From positions 35,836,001 through 35,900,000 of the forward strand of contig CM060731.1 of NCBI GenBank assembly GCA_030704615.1: 64,000 nt of DNA. The letters run 5' to 3'. Made by a program: the position numbers and the translations under genes. The stretch is from Takakia lepidozioides. Taxonomy: Eukaryota; Plantae; Bryophyta. A model generated the notes under the pieces. The model ran no database searches, was not told the DNA's origin, and saw only the letters and a list, made by a program, of their open reading frames with translations. Each line of letters starts with the position of its first letter. Position 1 is the stretch's first letter. This document shows positions 35,943 through 49,187 of this stretch, in pieces.

Positions 35943-37470
35943 TCAATATATTGTTTTGTTTTGTTTGTTTTGTTTGTAGCATCGTTGAGATCTCTTAAAT
36001 GGCGGGGCTCCAACGTTGGTGCTTGGTGCTGTTGGAAAGCCCTCGATCAGGAGGGGTGCACCGGAAGAGGGGTGCACCAGCTTGGTCTCATGATTTTTGG
36101 ACCCGCGGTGTGGGATATGTGGAATTTCTGAGCGCTTTTGGTCGCTGGAAATTCGAGATAAATAGCAAAGTGGGCTTTCCTATAGCAGCGATTGGCCCTG
36201 CACGTGGGAGATTTGGAATTTCAAGTACTTTTGGTCGCTGGAAATTCACAAAAAATAGCAAAAATGGCAAAGCGGGCATTCCTTGGACAATGGTTGGAGC
36301 CTTGACGGGAGAGATATCAAGGGAAAAGTGTCCGGTTCAAATCTGGTCGTAGGCTCCGTGGAAAAAAACTTACTCAGATGGGCCAATGGCAAAGGCCACC
36401 CTAGAGGTTGCATTTGGGCCTCGACATAGGAGACGCACTTTTATACATAGGGGATTGCACTTGGACTTAGATGACAGTGGACACTTGGGCCAACGGCACA
36501 GGCTACCCTATCAATATATGAAGCGAGACGTTTGTTTTGTTTTGTTTGTTTGTTTGTAGTTGAGATCTCCCAAACCGCGGGGGCCCAACGTTGGTGCTTG
36601 GTGCCATTGGAAAGCCCTCGATCACGAGGGGTGCACCGGCTTGGTCTCATGATTTTTGGACCAACGGTGTGGGAGATGTGGAATTTCAAGTGCTTTGGGT
36701 CGTTGGAAATTCACAAAAAATAGCTAAGTGGGCTTTCCTGGAGCAATGATTGGCCCTTCATGTGGGAGATTTGGAATTTCAAGTACTTTTGGTCGCTGGG
36801 AATTCGCCAAAAAAAATAGCAAAATGGGCATTCCTTGACAATGGTTGGAGCCTCGACAGGAGAGATATTATCAAGGGAAAGGTCTCCGGTTAAAATCTGA
36901 TCGTAGGCTCAGTGGAAAATAAATGCATTTGGACTTAAATGACATTGGATATATTACTACTCAATAAATTCATGGAAAAAAATTAATCGGACCTCGACAT
37001 GGGAGACATACTTGGATACATAGGACATTGCACACTAGGCTTAGATGGGTCTCGACATGGGAGATGCACATGAGAGATGCCCTTGGATACATGAGAGATT
37101 GCACTTCGGCTTAGATGACAGTGGAGACTTGGGCCTCTACATGGAAGATGCACTTGGATACATAGAAGATTGCACTTGGGCTTAGATGGGCCTCCACATA
37201 GGAGACGCACTAGGATACATAGGGAATTGCACTTGGTCTTAGATTTCAATTCTTGACACATGGGCCAACGACACAAGCTACCCTAGAGGTTGCACTTGGT
37301 CCTCAACATATGAGATGGACTTAATACATAGGAGATCTTGCACTTGGGCTGATAACATTGAACACTTGGGCCAACCGCACACTAGGCCATCCTAGAGGTC
37401 GCATTTGAGCCTCGACATAGGGGACGCACTTGGAGATGACACTTGACACTTAGGCCAAAGGCTACCCTAG
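35943..37470 (+). mobile_element. Non-autonomous Helitron-like element, internally duplicated
   Basis: A|TC start and CTAG|T end. Two ~420-bp related units (35943-, 36511-), an array of GCACTTGG motifs, and several GGCC...GGCT-ACCCTAG end-like motifs. Confidence 0.55.
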
Positions 37471-39305
37471 TTAAGGCTAAAATACAATAATATAATTAAA
37501 AATTCAATTGAAAATATAATAACCACAAAACAATTCCCACAAATCCTATATTTGATCTTCTTGCAAAATATCAAATGGAACTTGAAACATATTCCGCTTC
37601 AGAGAAAAAATTAAATATTAACGGCTAATACTACAAAACTGACCTTCAGAATTCCTGAAATACTCAAATACTGAAATAGTGCTCAAGTATTTCAATATTA
37701 CCGAAGCTTAAAACTGGCTGAAATACTTGCTGAAATGCTGAATTTTGGAAGTATCACTAGCCATGCTATGTGCGCTGCTTATCCATTAATCTATAGATTT
37801 TAGAGTGGTATGCGGAAACAACCAAGGAGCAACTAGCTAGCCATAGGCTCACCTTATTACCCAGTCCCTTGCAAGCTCCAATTAAAAGTCCTCCACATTC
37901 TATAACCCTTATAGGAAGAACAAACTACGATATTGACCATAAAACCACAATCCTATCCACACAAAATTATCATACAGTAGTTCAGTAAAAACCACTCGTT
38001 TACATCCATCTTGAGCAGGGAGGAGTCAATAAGCAATTACGCCTTCCGTTTCAACTTGTTGACTCGCTCAATATGACATCTTTTATTCGTCACCATCTTG
38101 TGAGCATCTGTCTAAATAGTATGCAATATATGTGAGGATCACGTACTGTCAGTTACCTTTTGCATGCTGATGAAGATGACAAAGCACAGTGCCCAGCCGT
38201 TGTTACAGTCTGTGGGCCGGTTGCTGCAAGAACAACATCCCACTACTAATGTCACCGCTCACTTTGGGCTTGGAAGGAGTCGCCCTATACAACACCCCCA
38301 CAACATTACTTATCAGCCCCAGTGATTGCAACCCAAACTCCCAACACTTTCGCTCGAACATTTTATGAAGAACTACAACTCCTAGGACCACGCATATCGT
38401 GACCATATCCCCCTATCTCTGAGTCTCTTCATATAACTTTTTGGGCAGCTTGCAGCACGGACGCAAATGGCGGCCTGTTAAGTAGCCTACCACCAGCCAG
38501 TTCCCCAGCCCCACCTCCCTCATCACGTTCCTCATTTCGATGCCAGTCCCAAATGGGCGGCTTGCAGCACGAATGCGGCATTGTGAGTAACCTGCCACCA
38601 GCCACTTTCCCAGCCCCACCTCCCTCATCATGTCGTCATTTCTTTGCCAGTCCCACATGCAATGGCGTCATATATTTCAGTTACACTTTGGGTAGTGATC
38701 ATGTCGACAGTACTGGTAATACTTTATTGCTTTCGGTTTCAAGAGAATGCAACCTTGAAACACTGAGTTTCAAATGATGCCAGAGAGCTAGCTATCAATA
38801 TATAACTGGACCAGCTTCGAAAACTGATCAGAAATCATGGATTTGTATGGATTTCTAATGTGGATTTGTATCTGATGGCAACTTGTAGGACCCTCTCGAC
38901 TCTACCGGCGACACAGCCTCCAATTTCTACTGGCTGTTAGAATATCTGTAGTATATTCCGCCAAAACAGGATCAAAGGCTGCCATTCCTTTATACAAAAA
39001 TGAGAAAAGGAAAAAGAAAAAAGTAGCTGCAATTAATTGAGTGCACGGAGATTGGAGAGTTGCGCGGCTTCTTCTGCCATCAATTTTACAGAAACCGCAG
39101 AACAGTACGTCAGCACGAGTTCAGAGGAATCCGAAGTGCGTGTAACACATGCAGGGGATCAGAGAGCCGGCCAACTGCCTATCAATGACGATTGTTAGAC
39201 GCACAAAAGAGGAAATCTATTAGCAGCGCCATACATGGTACACAAACCATAGCCACTGAGGTCGAGTGCATGAAAGAGTGCCCAGATCTACCAATATTGG
39301 CTAAG

Positions 39306-42032
39306 ATGACGAATTGGGGGATTCCAGCAGTGTGTGCAGCGTTGTGTGTATGTTCGGTAGCCACCATACTGTTCTGGCGATGGTGGACACCTTACAGTAG
39401 GCGCAGATTCTACGAGAGGCAAGGCATTCGTGGGCCAGTTTTCAGGCCCTTCATTGGGAATCTTCCAGAGATTCACGAGATCCGGAGTTCCGTTCCAAGC
39501 AGTCTCCAGTTTACAGATCCTGCTTACACTCGAACGCTTCCATACCTTGTCACCTTGGCCAGGGAGTATGGTATGATCCATGTTTTCTGTACACATCTCG
39601 CAGATTGCTAGAATGTGAAGATACTTTATGATGTCGGAGCTTGCCCGGAGCATGGGCATTAATTGAAGTTGTCATTTGGATTCATGAGATCCTAAAGGTC
39701 TACGCAATCACGGGTGCCCAGCTAGTTGTTAAATGCTTTGGATATCTGGTCTTGAATACAGGAAATGTGTCCATTCATGAAGTGGGATCGTCAACACGGA
39801 TTATGGTCACGGATCCAGTCCTGGTGAAACAAGTCATGTTGTCGAAAGGTTCATGCTACAACAAATGTGCGATCAATACCGAGTCGATTACTCCTTTGGT
39901 GGGGAAGGGCATTCTCGTGTCTGAAGGTTCGTTGTGGAAGGAACAGCACAAAATTATCAGCCCTTCCTTCCGTCTGAACCACCTGAAGGTACTAAACTCA
40001 CTCCTACTTAACGAGGACATGTTTCGGACAGGATCAGGCTAAACCTGGCCGTTGTGCTGTACAGAGATTGCAAGCAATTTCATCTTCACTATTTCAGTTT
40101 GTTATTCAATTGTAGACTGACGCGAGCCCCAATTGATGCTCTCTAGGTCGATCAGTCCTGCCCTCCTCTGCACTATCATGCTTGCTATACGTATGCCATA
40201 CGTCATATTATATCCACTTTCAAGAACAATGTAATTAAGATCTGTACATATCTGTAGAGACATCTTATAATGTAGTGATGCAGGGTTATAAGCGCATTGT
40301 CTCATATGCGTCAATTTCCGATTTGTAGACCAGTGCACTGATCATCCGAAATACACGCAGAACCATCTCTTTCATCATATTGTGGACTGCGGTGAGGAGC
40401 TAGTCCAAAGATGGCAGACGCAAATTAGCAACACCTCAGATGGGAAGTGCGCAGAGATCACCATTGACTTGGATATTCCCAGAACAACGGTGGACGTAGT
40501 TGTCAGGGCCACTTTTGGCTCGACAAGATTTAGGTCTGGAGAAAACGACCAAGTCAGCAAAGGAGGCATGGCCGCTGAGGCTATGAAAGCATTGGCCACC
40601 ACAGATAGTGACAGAACGTTTGGATATGGCCGCCTCCTACCTGGCTTCAGGTGCGCTTAAGTTCATATCTCTCTAGCCTGTCTAATAAATTTCAAGTGCA
40701 TTAATGATGAATGTTAAGTAAAGCCGTTTTCTCACTGTCACAGGTACCAAGTACTCCAGAGCTTGTATTGAGATTAAGGTTAGATCAATCTCTGCATATT
40801 TCATTTCACGGAGCGTTGCTCAGGTTTAAGGCAGGTAGACCTATGTCCACAAACTTATTGACTGCCATAGTACGCAGGACTTCAGATTTTATTGGTTCTC
40901 AACGTTACGTTGGTCAAGATGCCACTTCAAGTGGATGTGTGAAATGCATTTCAATGCAGGTTCCTTCCAATCCCCTGCAATCTGAAAGTTTGGAGAGACC
41001 AAAAGGTTTTAGACTCTATACTTCAAGAAATTGTGGATGCACGCCTTGAGGCCACCAAAGGTATTCAACAGACGAAGTCGCAACACGAGAGTATATACGG
41101 CGACGACTTGTTGGGAGTAATGATGGAGGCGATGCAGGCAGGCAGTGCCACGATGACCAAAACCCAGCTCCTGCATGAATGCAAAACCATTTATGTTGCT
41201 GGAAACATAACCATTTCAGTTCAGTTGATTTGGACACTAACAATGCTGGCATTGCATCCGGAGTGGCAGCATCGGGCGCGTTCAGAAGTGGAGAAGGTCT
41301 TGGGGGATGCCCCACCTGACGCTGAAAACACTGCTAACCTCAGAACGGTGAGTAAGCTTTGCCGCTCTAAGTAAACAGAATGCTTCTCCAATCTCATAAA
41401 AGGCTTCTCAGCTCAGTGTTGGCGTTACATGGACTGGAGACCGGACTAAAAGCGCCTTCATGACATACAATGCCTGCTCAAAAATGATTTTAGGATGAGA
41501 TGAAATGCCGGGGCTCACATACATAGAACACTTACTGATCGTACTAAGAGAAGTGGTCTATGTTCAATATGCATCTAATCAGAATCACTCTTGTGATGGA
41601 ACTCAGGTGTCGATGATACTGAACGAGATATTGCGGCTTTACCCGCCGGTCCAAGTAATTGAAAGAGACTCCATTGTGGCACACAAACTGGGAGACATAT
41701 CCGTATGTCCTGATACCACCATACTGATTCCTATTGCTCTCATTCATCAGAGCCAGGAGTTTTGGGGAAAAGACGCCACCAGTTTCAAACCCGAGCGTTG
41801 GGAGTCCACGCCGCACACAGACGCCTTCCTGCCATTTGCTGACGGTACCCGCATGTGCTTGGGAAAGAGCTTTGCATTGATGGAGGCCAACGTTCTTCTC
41901 TGCATGCTGCTGCAGAGGTTCAGCTTCTCTCTGTCACCGGGGTACCGCCATGCGCCTGGCATCGGACAAAACCTCATGCCCGAATCTGGAGCGCAGCTTC
42001 TTGTCACCAAGCTGGATCGACACACCGTTTGA
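39306..42032 (+). CDS. Cytochrome P450 copy 3 (CYP72-clan-like), apparently intact, about 531 aa
   Basis: Exons 39306-39570, 39762-39988, 40361-40650, 40960-41347 and 41607-42032; exons 1-4 are the same length as in copy 2. Motifs YVAGNITIS, EILR, PERW and PFADGTRMCLG. Confidence 0.92.
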
Positions 42033-42339
42033 GGCCCCGTCATCCAGTCCCACGCTACTTAACTCACACCTCGGCTTGTATATTCTGTATACCACGTGTG
42101 TGAAAAACCAGTCTGGTGGGACAGTTTGCACACTCTTCTTTTCTATGCAATTTAAATCTAATTTCACCCTGGTTGCACCTGGGGTGACCCCTTGCCAGAA
42201 CTAAGGTGCCTGAACTGTTCCCAAGCCGGTGCCGGATTGTTTATTGCCTGTGCTGCATGTTTGGTGGACCCGGCCGAAATTCCCAACACACATGCATCCT
42301 TTCCATATGCATGGCCCACATGCATAACATGAGAATGCT

Positions 42340-43570
42340 ACTGTTTGTAGTATCTACAAGTGTTGGTCTGGTATCAGGTTTAGGACATACCAGACTGGTC
42401 CTGGTACCAGACCTATCACAAAACTTTCATACCAGTCTCATCTATAAAATGGTGGATGTATTCTTTTTCCAGATACTAGTAGTATGAGTATCATGACCAC
42501 AATACCAGCTCGAATGAGATATCAAGTTTGGTATCATTCCAAAGCCATCTTGACTTACAAGTTTATCAAATATAAAGTGAAAAAATACAATAAACATAAA
42601 GTAAATTTATATTAATTTAAAAAAATATGAATAAGTACATGTATGTACACATAATTAATATAGTACACTGCCAGAGTAAATGAGGAAGATGGGGGAGTAC
42701 TGGTATTTGTGGCCTATGAGAAAACGGATATCAGCTTGGTATGGTATATGACCTGGTATGTAGAACTTAAGACCAGGCTGGTCTGGTCCTTGACACCAGG
42801 GTTGATACTAGTGTTGTATTGGTATGTCCATTTTGACATACCAGACTAGTGCTCGTAGGTCCGGCCAGGGGTAGACTAGGACTAGGTCCGGCCAGGGTAG
42901 GTTATAGGATGGGTATGGGTATTTCCAATTTTGAGATACACTGGTCCCAGGCATGGGTATGGCAAAAACTCAAATGACATATGGGGGGAGTATGTGCAAT
43001 GGTATGGTATACCTAACAGTCATCATATTGTATTCAAAGCTGAAATTAAAACCAGATTGAGGGCAACATACAAAAGGTAAAAAGAAAATCGCAATCACAC
43101 ACGCCCATGCAAACTAATTTGTATTGCTCATAAATTAGTGAAGGTCTTTGTATTGTAAGGCTGGATAGTAACAAATGGAGAAAAAGCTCGATGCCATGAC
43201 AAAAACTGAAGAAATCCTGCCTATTGTACCTTGTATGCTGATCATTGTACGCCGTACCTTCTACCCCTATTATATCATTACACATACCCATGCTAGCTTG
43301 GGTTCATCAATCTACGGGTCTCAAGCGGAGTATGAAAGTAGTTCATACTTAGACTGGTATGGTAGGTGTCCAGTGTTCAAAACCCGGGTCCATGGTATAG
43401 CCGGGGTATATGCCCCAAGACATACCCAACTGGTATGTTCTACAATACCCTTACTCATACCAGTGCACACACCCCGGCCTACTGGCACATACCAGTACAA
43501 CACTGGTTGATACCACTGTTGATACTCCGGTATGATACCCATACCAGGCCAACACTAGTATGTCCATTTT
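42340..43570. repeat. GGTAT/ATACC-rich degenerate MITE-like repeats
   Basis: Dense, oppositely oriented TACC/GGTA motifs; no credible ORF; ends not resolved. Confidence 0.4.
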
Positions 43571-44569
43571 GTAATAATGCTATGTCATTTGTGTACAGGA
43601 TTATACTAATGCAAAAAGGGGTGGGACCCTTCATACTAGGACCAATCTGGATTGCCCACACCCTACATGGGCCAAAGCCATTCAAACAAAAATGAAATGT
43701 ACATAAATGAAGCAATCAACTCCATGTCAAATGTCTTACATTAATATGAAGACCATAAGACCAATAGCTCCATCAAGCTCAATAGACAAGGAATCAAAGT
43801 TTGTAATTGCACTCTAACTCCGACTTACCGAAACTCAATGCTGAATACACTAATCACATTTGCACATATATTCAAAGTTGCTTTGTGATACCATAAATTG
43901 AACCCTCCCATCCCCGCCCCATGCCATCTCCTTAAACCAACATGAAGGTCATCACACAAGAACCCATCACTAAGCTTAATAGTTTGCAATTCCAAATAAA
44001 AGTGTTTGAGAGTTTATACACTTGCATTGCAACTCCCACTTGCATCTCACTCAATGTTGACAGATGCACTTATAAGCGGCAGTGAAGAGGCTTCGGGCGT
44101 TGGATGGAGCTTGAACACTCAAGTATGTTGCCTTCAAAGAACAGAATGTCATGCTGGAGTAGAGATTGTCCATTGTGAGCTTGTGGCAGCTCATTATATT
44201 GCTATTTCACAGTAGTACCTACTTATTCTATATTTATAGATGCAGGTTGCTCGTTTATCTGCTGACTTATGAAGATAAGCACTATCTAGATAAGGTGTAG
44301 ATAAAGATTGATGTTTGACCCCAGAATCATCTGAGTGGCATTCAATGCACCAATTGAGCTACTGACTGTTGGTCGTTTTGGCATATTCATCAGCATGCAA
44401 AAGGCCCCGAGATATATTATACTTGGGCTTCGCGTTGCTCCGCACTACTAGCGATGACTTCTGATAACTGTGTTCAAGCTCCGCAGTACTAGCGACGACT
44501 TCTGAGAACTATGTTCAATTTTCACAAAATGGTCTTACACAAACGCCACATGATACACCACACCCAGCA

Positions 44570-45900
44570 CATCTTGCCTTCCACAAGTTCCACAATGTGG
44601 AGCCTCTGAGGGTTTCATAGACTGGGCAGTCAAAGGCTTCCTTTTTGTCCATTGGATTATAGTTAAGAAGGATGGTAACTGGGACAATTTGCATTAGTTT
44701 CCAGGAACTATAGAAACTCTGAACCAAGGGCCAAATGGCTTGCGGTGCTTGACAATGAAGAAGGCAATGCTCTAAGGATTCAATAGTTCCAATTGGACAA
44801 CATTGGCAGAGCAGAGCTTCCCTGAAGTTGAGGTATTGCCCAACTTTTAGGACTCTATTAGCTACTTGACGTAGAAAGGCGCTAATCTTAGCAGGTTTGG
44901 ATTTTTGCCAGACTAGAGATCAAATGCCTTTCCAGTTTTCATTTTGGAAGCCTTCGTGCTCCCATTTCTTGTTCCATTTCTCTGACAGAGGTTGGGCTCT
45001 CATCATAGCCCTATATCCTCTTTTGGTTGAGTAGTCAAGAGTAGTCAAAGAAAGGGGGTGCAGATCCTCCCCAAAGGTCCATTTCCATTCAGCCGGATCC
45101 ACTTGTAAGGATGGGATGCCTTTGCCTCCAATGAGTGTAAAAAGACTAAGCTTCAACCAACGTAGAATTGGAGTGGTAACAGGTGCCTTGGGGTTGAAGA
45201 GCTTAGAGGCAGCAGACCATAAGCAAACTCTGGCCGGGGTGGCATAGGTTGAGGGGAGTGTGACTGACTGGTCAGAGGATAGAGAAAGAAAGCCAGTAAG
45301 GGCGTCCGCCAGGAAACCATAGCCGGTGATAGCATTAGATATAGAACTTGAGGAGAGGGATGGTTGGTAAGAATCCATTGATGAACAACACAGAGACCAG
45401 GTGATCCTTCCCCGAGAAGGATTTTCCAAGAGTTGGGGATGGAACAGATGATTTGATTGAAACCTGTTGTGAAGCGGCGAGAGCCCAAAGCCTCTCGAAG
45501 GGATTCTGGAGTGCTTTCCCAAAGATCCCTTATGGTGCCGAATCCTCTAGACTCCCACTTTGCCCATCTCTTAGCCTACACCTTTTCCTCATGAGATGGC
45601 ATGGCAGAATTGAGGAACAAGTTTTGTCTTAGTATTTTATGGAATTGGGTCGGCTGTTGCTTGACTAGAACGGGCCTGAGGGAGTTCCAAGCTGCCCAGA
45701 TAGATGACCACAGTGGTGAGTCTTGAGATTTGTGGCTGAATCCCTGGAAAATCCAGCGGAAGGAGGCAGGCCATTCTATACCTTGTTGGGGTGAGGATGA
45801 AGCAATGGAGTCAACCACCATGAACTTCCACCAGCCCCCTTCCGGACCCAAAAATCAACAAGGACTTCCGAGGTCCTGCTGTTGGTAGATCATGTATCTC
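44570..45900 (-). mobile_element. L1-type LINE ORF2 C-terminal remnant (zf-RVT region)
   Basis: SPLWSSIWAAW, YSTKRGY, VWQKSKPAKISAFL, CQCCPIGTIESLEHCLLHC and LWNLWKARC, with stops. Confidence 0.75.
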
Positions 45901-46964
45901 CATTAACACTTTGACTGACTGGTTTGTCCATGATTTTCCAAATGGGTGTTAATATGGAGTAGAGCAGCTGACAATGAGCTTGTTTGTGAAATCCGTCCAA
46001 TCTTCATCATGTGTAGATTTTTATTGACTACATAATGTCTCTTGCGACCTTGTATACATGAACGCCCATGTATGCCTGTAAGTCCCAAGTGCTGGTCTGC
46101 TTTTCCAAATTCACTTTTTCTTTATAACCTAGGGCCGGAGGGTGTTGTTACAAGAGGGTGTTATTATAAAGTCAATAAGGCACGAGGCGCTTAGGGGTTA
46201 ATAAGTGTTCAAATACAATTACTCTGTCGATGTACAGTTGGACCTAGCTAAGTGTTAGGGGTTGGGAGTAGGAAAATACGTAACAGAATTACAGTATTGA
46301 CATTTTAACACTTAGGAAGTTTCTACCGATAATCTTTAACACTTACAAAATTAACACATATAAAATAGGTCATTAAAATTAACACATAGAATAAATATGT
46401 CAAGTTAAATAAACACAGTGTGAAACTAACTAGAATAAATCTAGTTATTTGTATTTAACACTTGGATTTAGTTCAAGTGTTAAGTCAGGTGTCAAGTTTA
46501 GCTTGACACCTGAACCATCTTATCTTCACGAGACTGTTAGTCGTGCGGCTCGTCCCTCTCGAGTTGAGCCTGCACGACCAAGCTCCTTCACTGCTTAGAA
46601 TCTGAGTGTGCTTATGAAGGGAGAATAAGATGTTGTGCGGTGGAGTCCCCATAGCTTGGGGTGGCCCTGGCTCGACTCTTAGTTTAACGAGTGATGATGT
46701 TGCATTTCGTTTTTCGGTGTCAACAGTGTGAGATTTATGTCAATCACTCGAGAGAGATCATCTATCTAGTTTTCTAGCAGAACAGGAGGTTTGAGATTTT
46801 TGTCAACCTGTGGTTATATCTAAGAATGGGGTTAAGTAGCAGCAATAAAGAAATAGGATAGACAGAGGAGCCGGACGATGCACCGGAGAGCGGTGCCATG
46901 AGGCGGGCTGTGGGGCAGGCTGTTGCTTTCTGCATGAACGCAGGATTTTCCTCTCCGTGCCAGC

Positions 46965-47650
<686 letters not shown>

Positions 47651-49187
47651 GTTTGACTCTGTTTTTGGAGGGATAGCTGCAGAAAGGGGAAATCTACCTA
47701 TCTTTAGTTTTTTTGGAGTCTGTTAAAAATCTATGGATTTTTTGAGTGTGAGTGTGCTATGAAAGATCCACAATTCTGTTTCTAGAACCTGTTGTGGTCT
47801 CCTTGTATGGCTGGGGAAATGAGGACGTAATTGAAGGGCAAGTCTCTTCTCTTAGCCTGTGCACACAAGGGGACAAGATTTATGTTTCTCAAGGAACTCA
47901 GACTGATTTGAGTGGAGAGCAGTTGGACGAATTGATTGCATACTGGGAGTTAGGCATTATCAATAGACAACAAATTGCTGTAGTTGGCATTGAGGGCCTC
48001 AATATTGCTTTGGACAGTCAGAACTCTGTTGGAGCAAGCAGTTTTGCAGCTGTAGGTGAAATACCAAAGTGGGTGGAAGCTAGGCTTGGAACACAGCCAA
48101 AGACAGCCCCGGGGACCAAGGTGTTCAGCCACAAGGTCGTGGTGTATTGGAGCAGATGAGCAGGAGCTACACAAGTTTTTGCAATCAAACATGGTTGCAG
48201 CCGGACACGCTCTGCACGAGGCAACCACGAGTGGGGTTCATTTGCAATGAAAAGTTTGTTCTGCTTGAAGGAGATGCAGTCATTCGCAACGAGGACACCC
48301 ACAACCGTCTCAAAGCTTTCGAGTTGAGAGACTGTCAGACCCTACGTTTATTTTCTTTAGTATTCAGTGAGCGGGAGATAGGGGACTATTGCTTTGTCTC
48401 TACCTGGCAGAGAGAGGAGGAGGGATGGTTAGAGCGAGCTACTGTAGCTTGGAATAAGGTTAGTGGCAGGTTTCTGGACATAGATATACCTCCCACATCT
48501 TACCATCATGCAGAGCACCTTGAGAGAGGTCTGGCAGTTGATAGCATAGATCAGGATTAGATCTTGCTTGGTCGAGCCTCTATTCTTCCCCTCCCTCTCT
48601 TTACTATTTTCATTACTTTGTACTTGTAGTTGCCAAAACCTCTCTTGGTGGAGGCCAGTCAGTCCGGGTTTTTTGGGCAGGAGATTGCAGATGGATTTTG
48701 GTGTAGGGATGTTGATGTTTTGATTTCTTGTGTTTGGATCCCCCCCAACACCTGCATGCTTGACTGTGCACCATGTTGTTTTGTGTGGGCGCTTGCTTTC
48801 ATAGGGATTAGGCCGGATTTGATCACCGGTCAATCCTAGAGTATGTTGTCGGTGGTGAGGCTGGAGTGATGACCAACAAGACCACCAGTGTTTCTTCTAT
48901 GGTGAGACTGGGTTGATGACCAGCCAACCATAGGAGTTCTTGCGGTGGATGCAGGTGCAGGTGCCCTGAGCCACTGGGATATGACCCTTAAATTGCAACA
49001 GGTGCCCACCCGTGTCACTATTAGAATTAGTACTAGAGCCTTATAGTGTCACGTAGAGGAGGTGCACATTGTGAGTGTCGTCACGGAGTTACCCAAGGGT
49101 TTTGAGGGGAGTACGGCTACATGCAGTAGCAGTGAGAGTGGATTCACAAGATGAGGTATTCGGTTCAGACCACCTTCACCTCCACCC

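Noticed and set aside
36415-37420. CCTCGACAT hits as further copies of the 24-bp palindrome
   Set aside because: Half-sites only, within a different repeat, with no second arm.
47752-48560. Two ~135-aa ORFs as a recognisable gene
   Set aside because: No motif recognised; they lie in captured TE-associated sequence and cannot be supported without a search.
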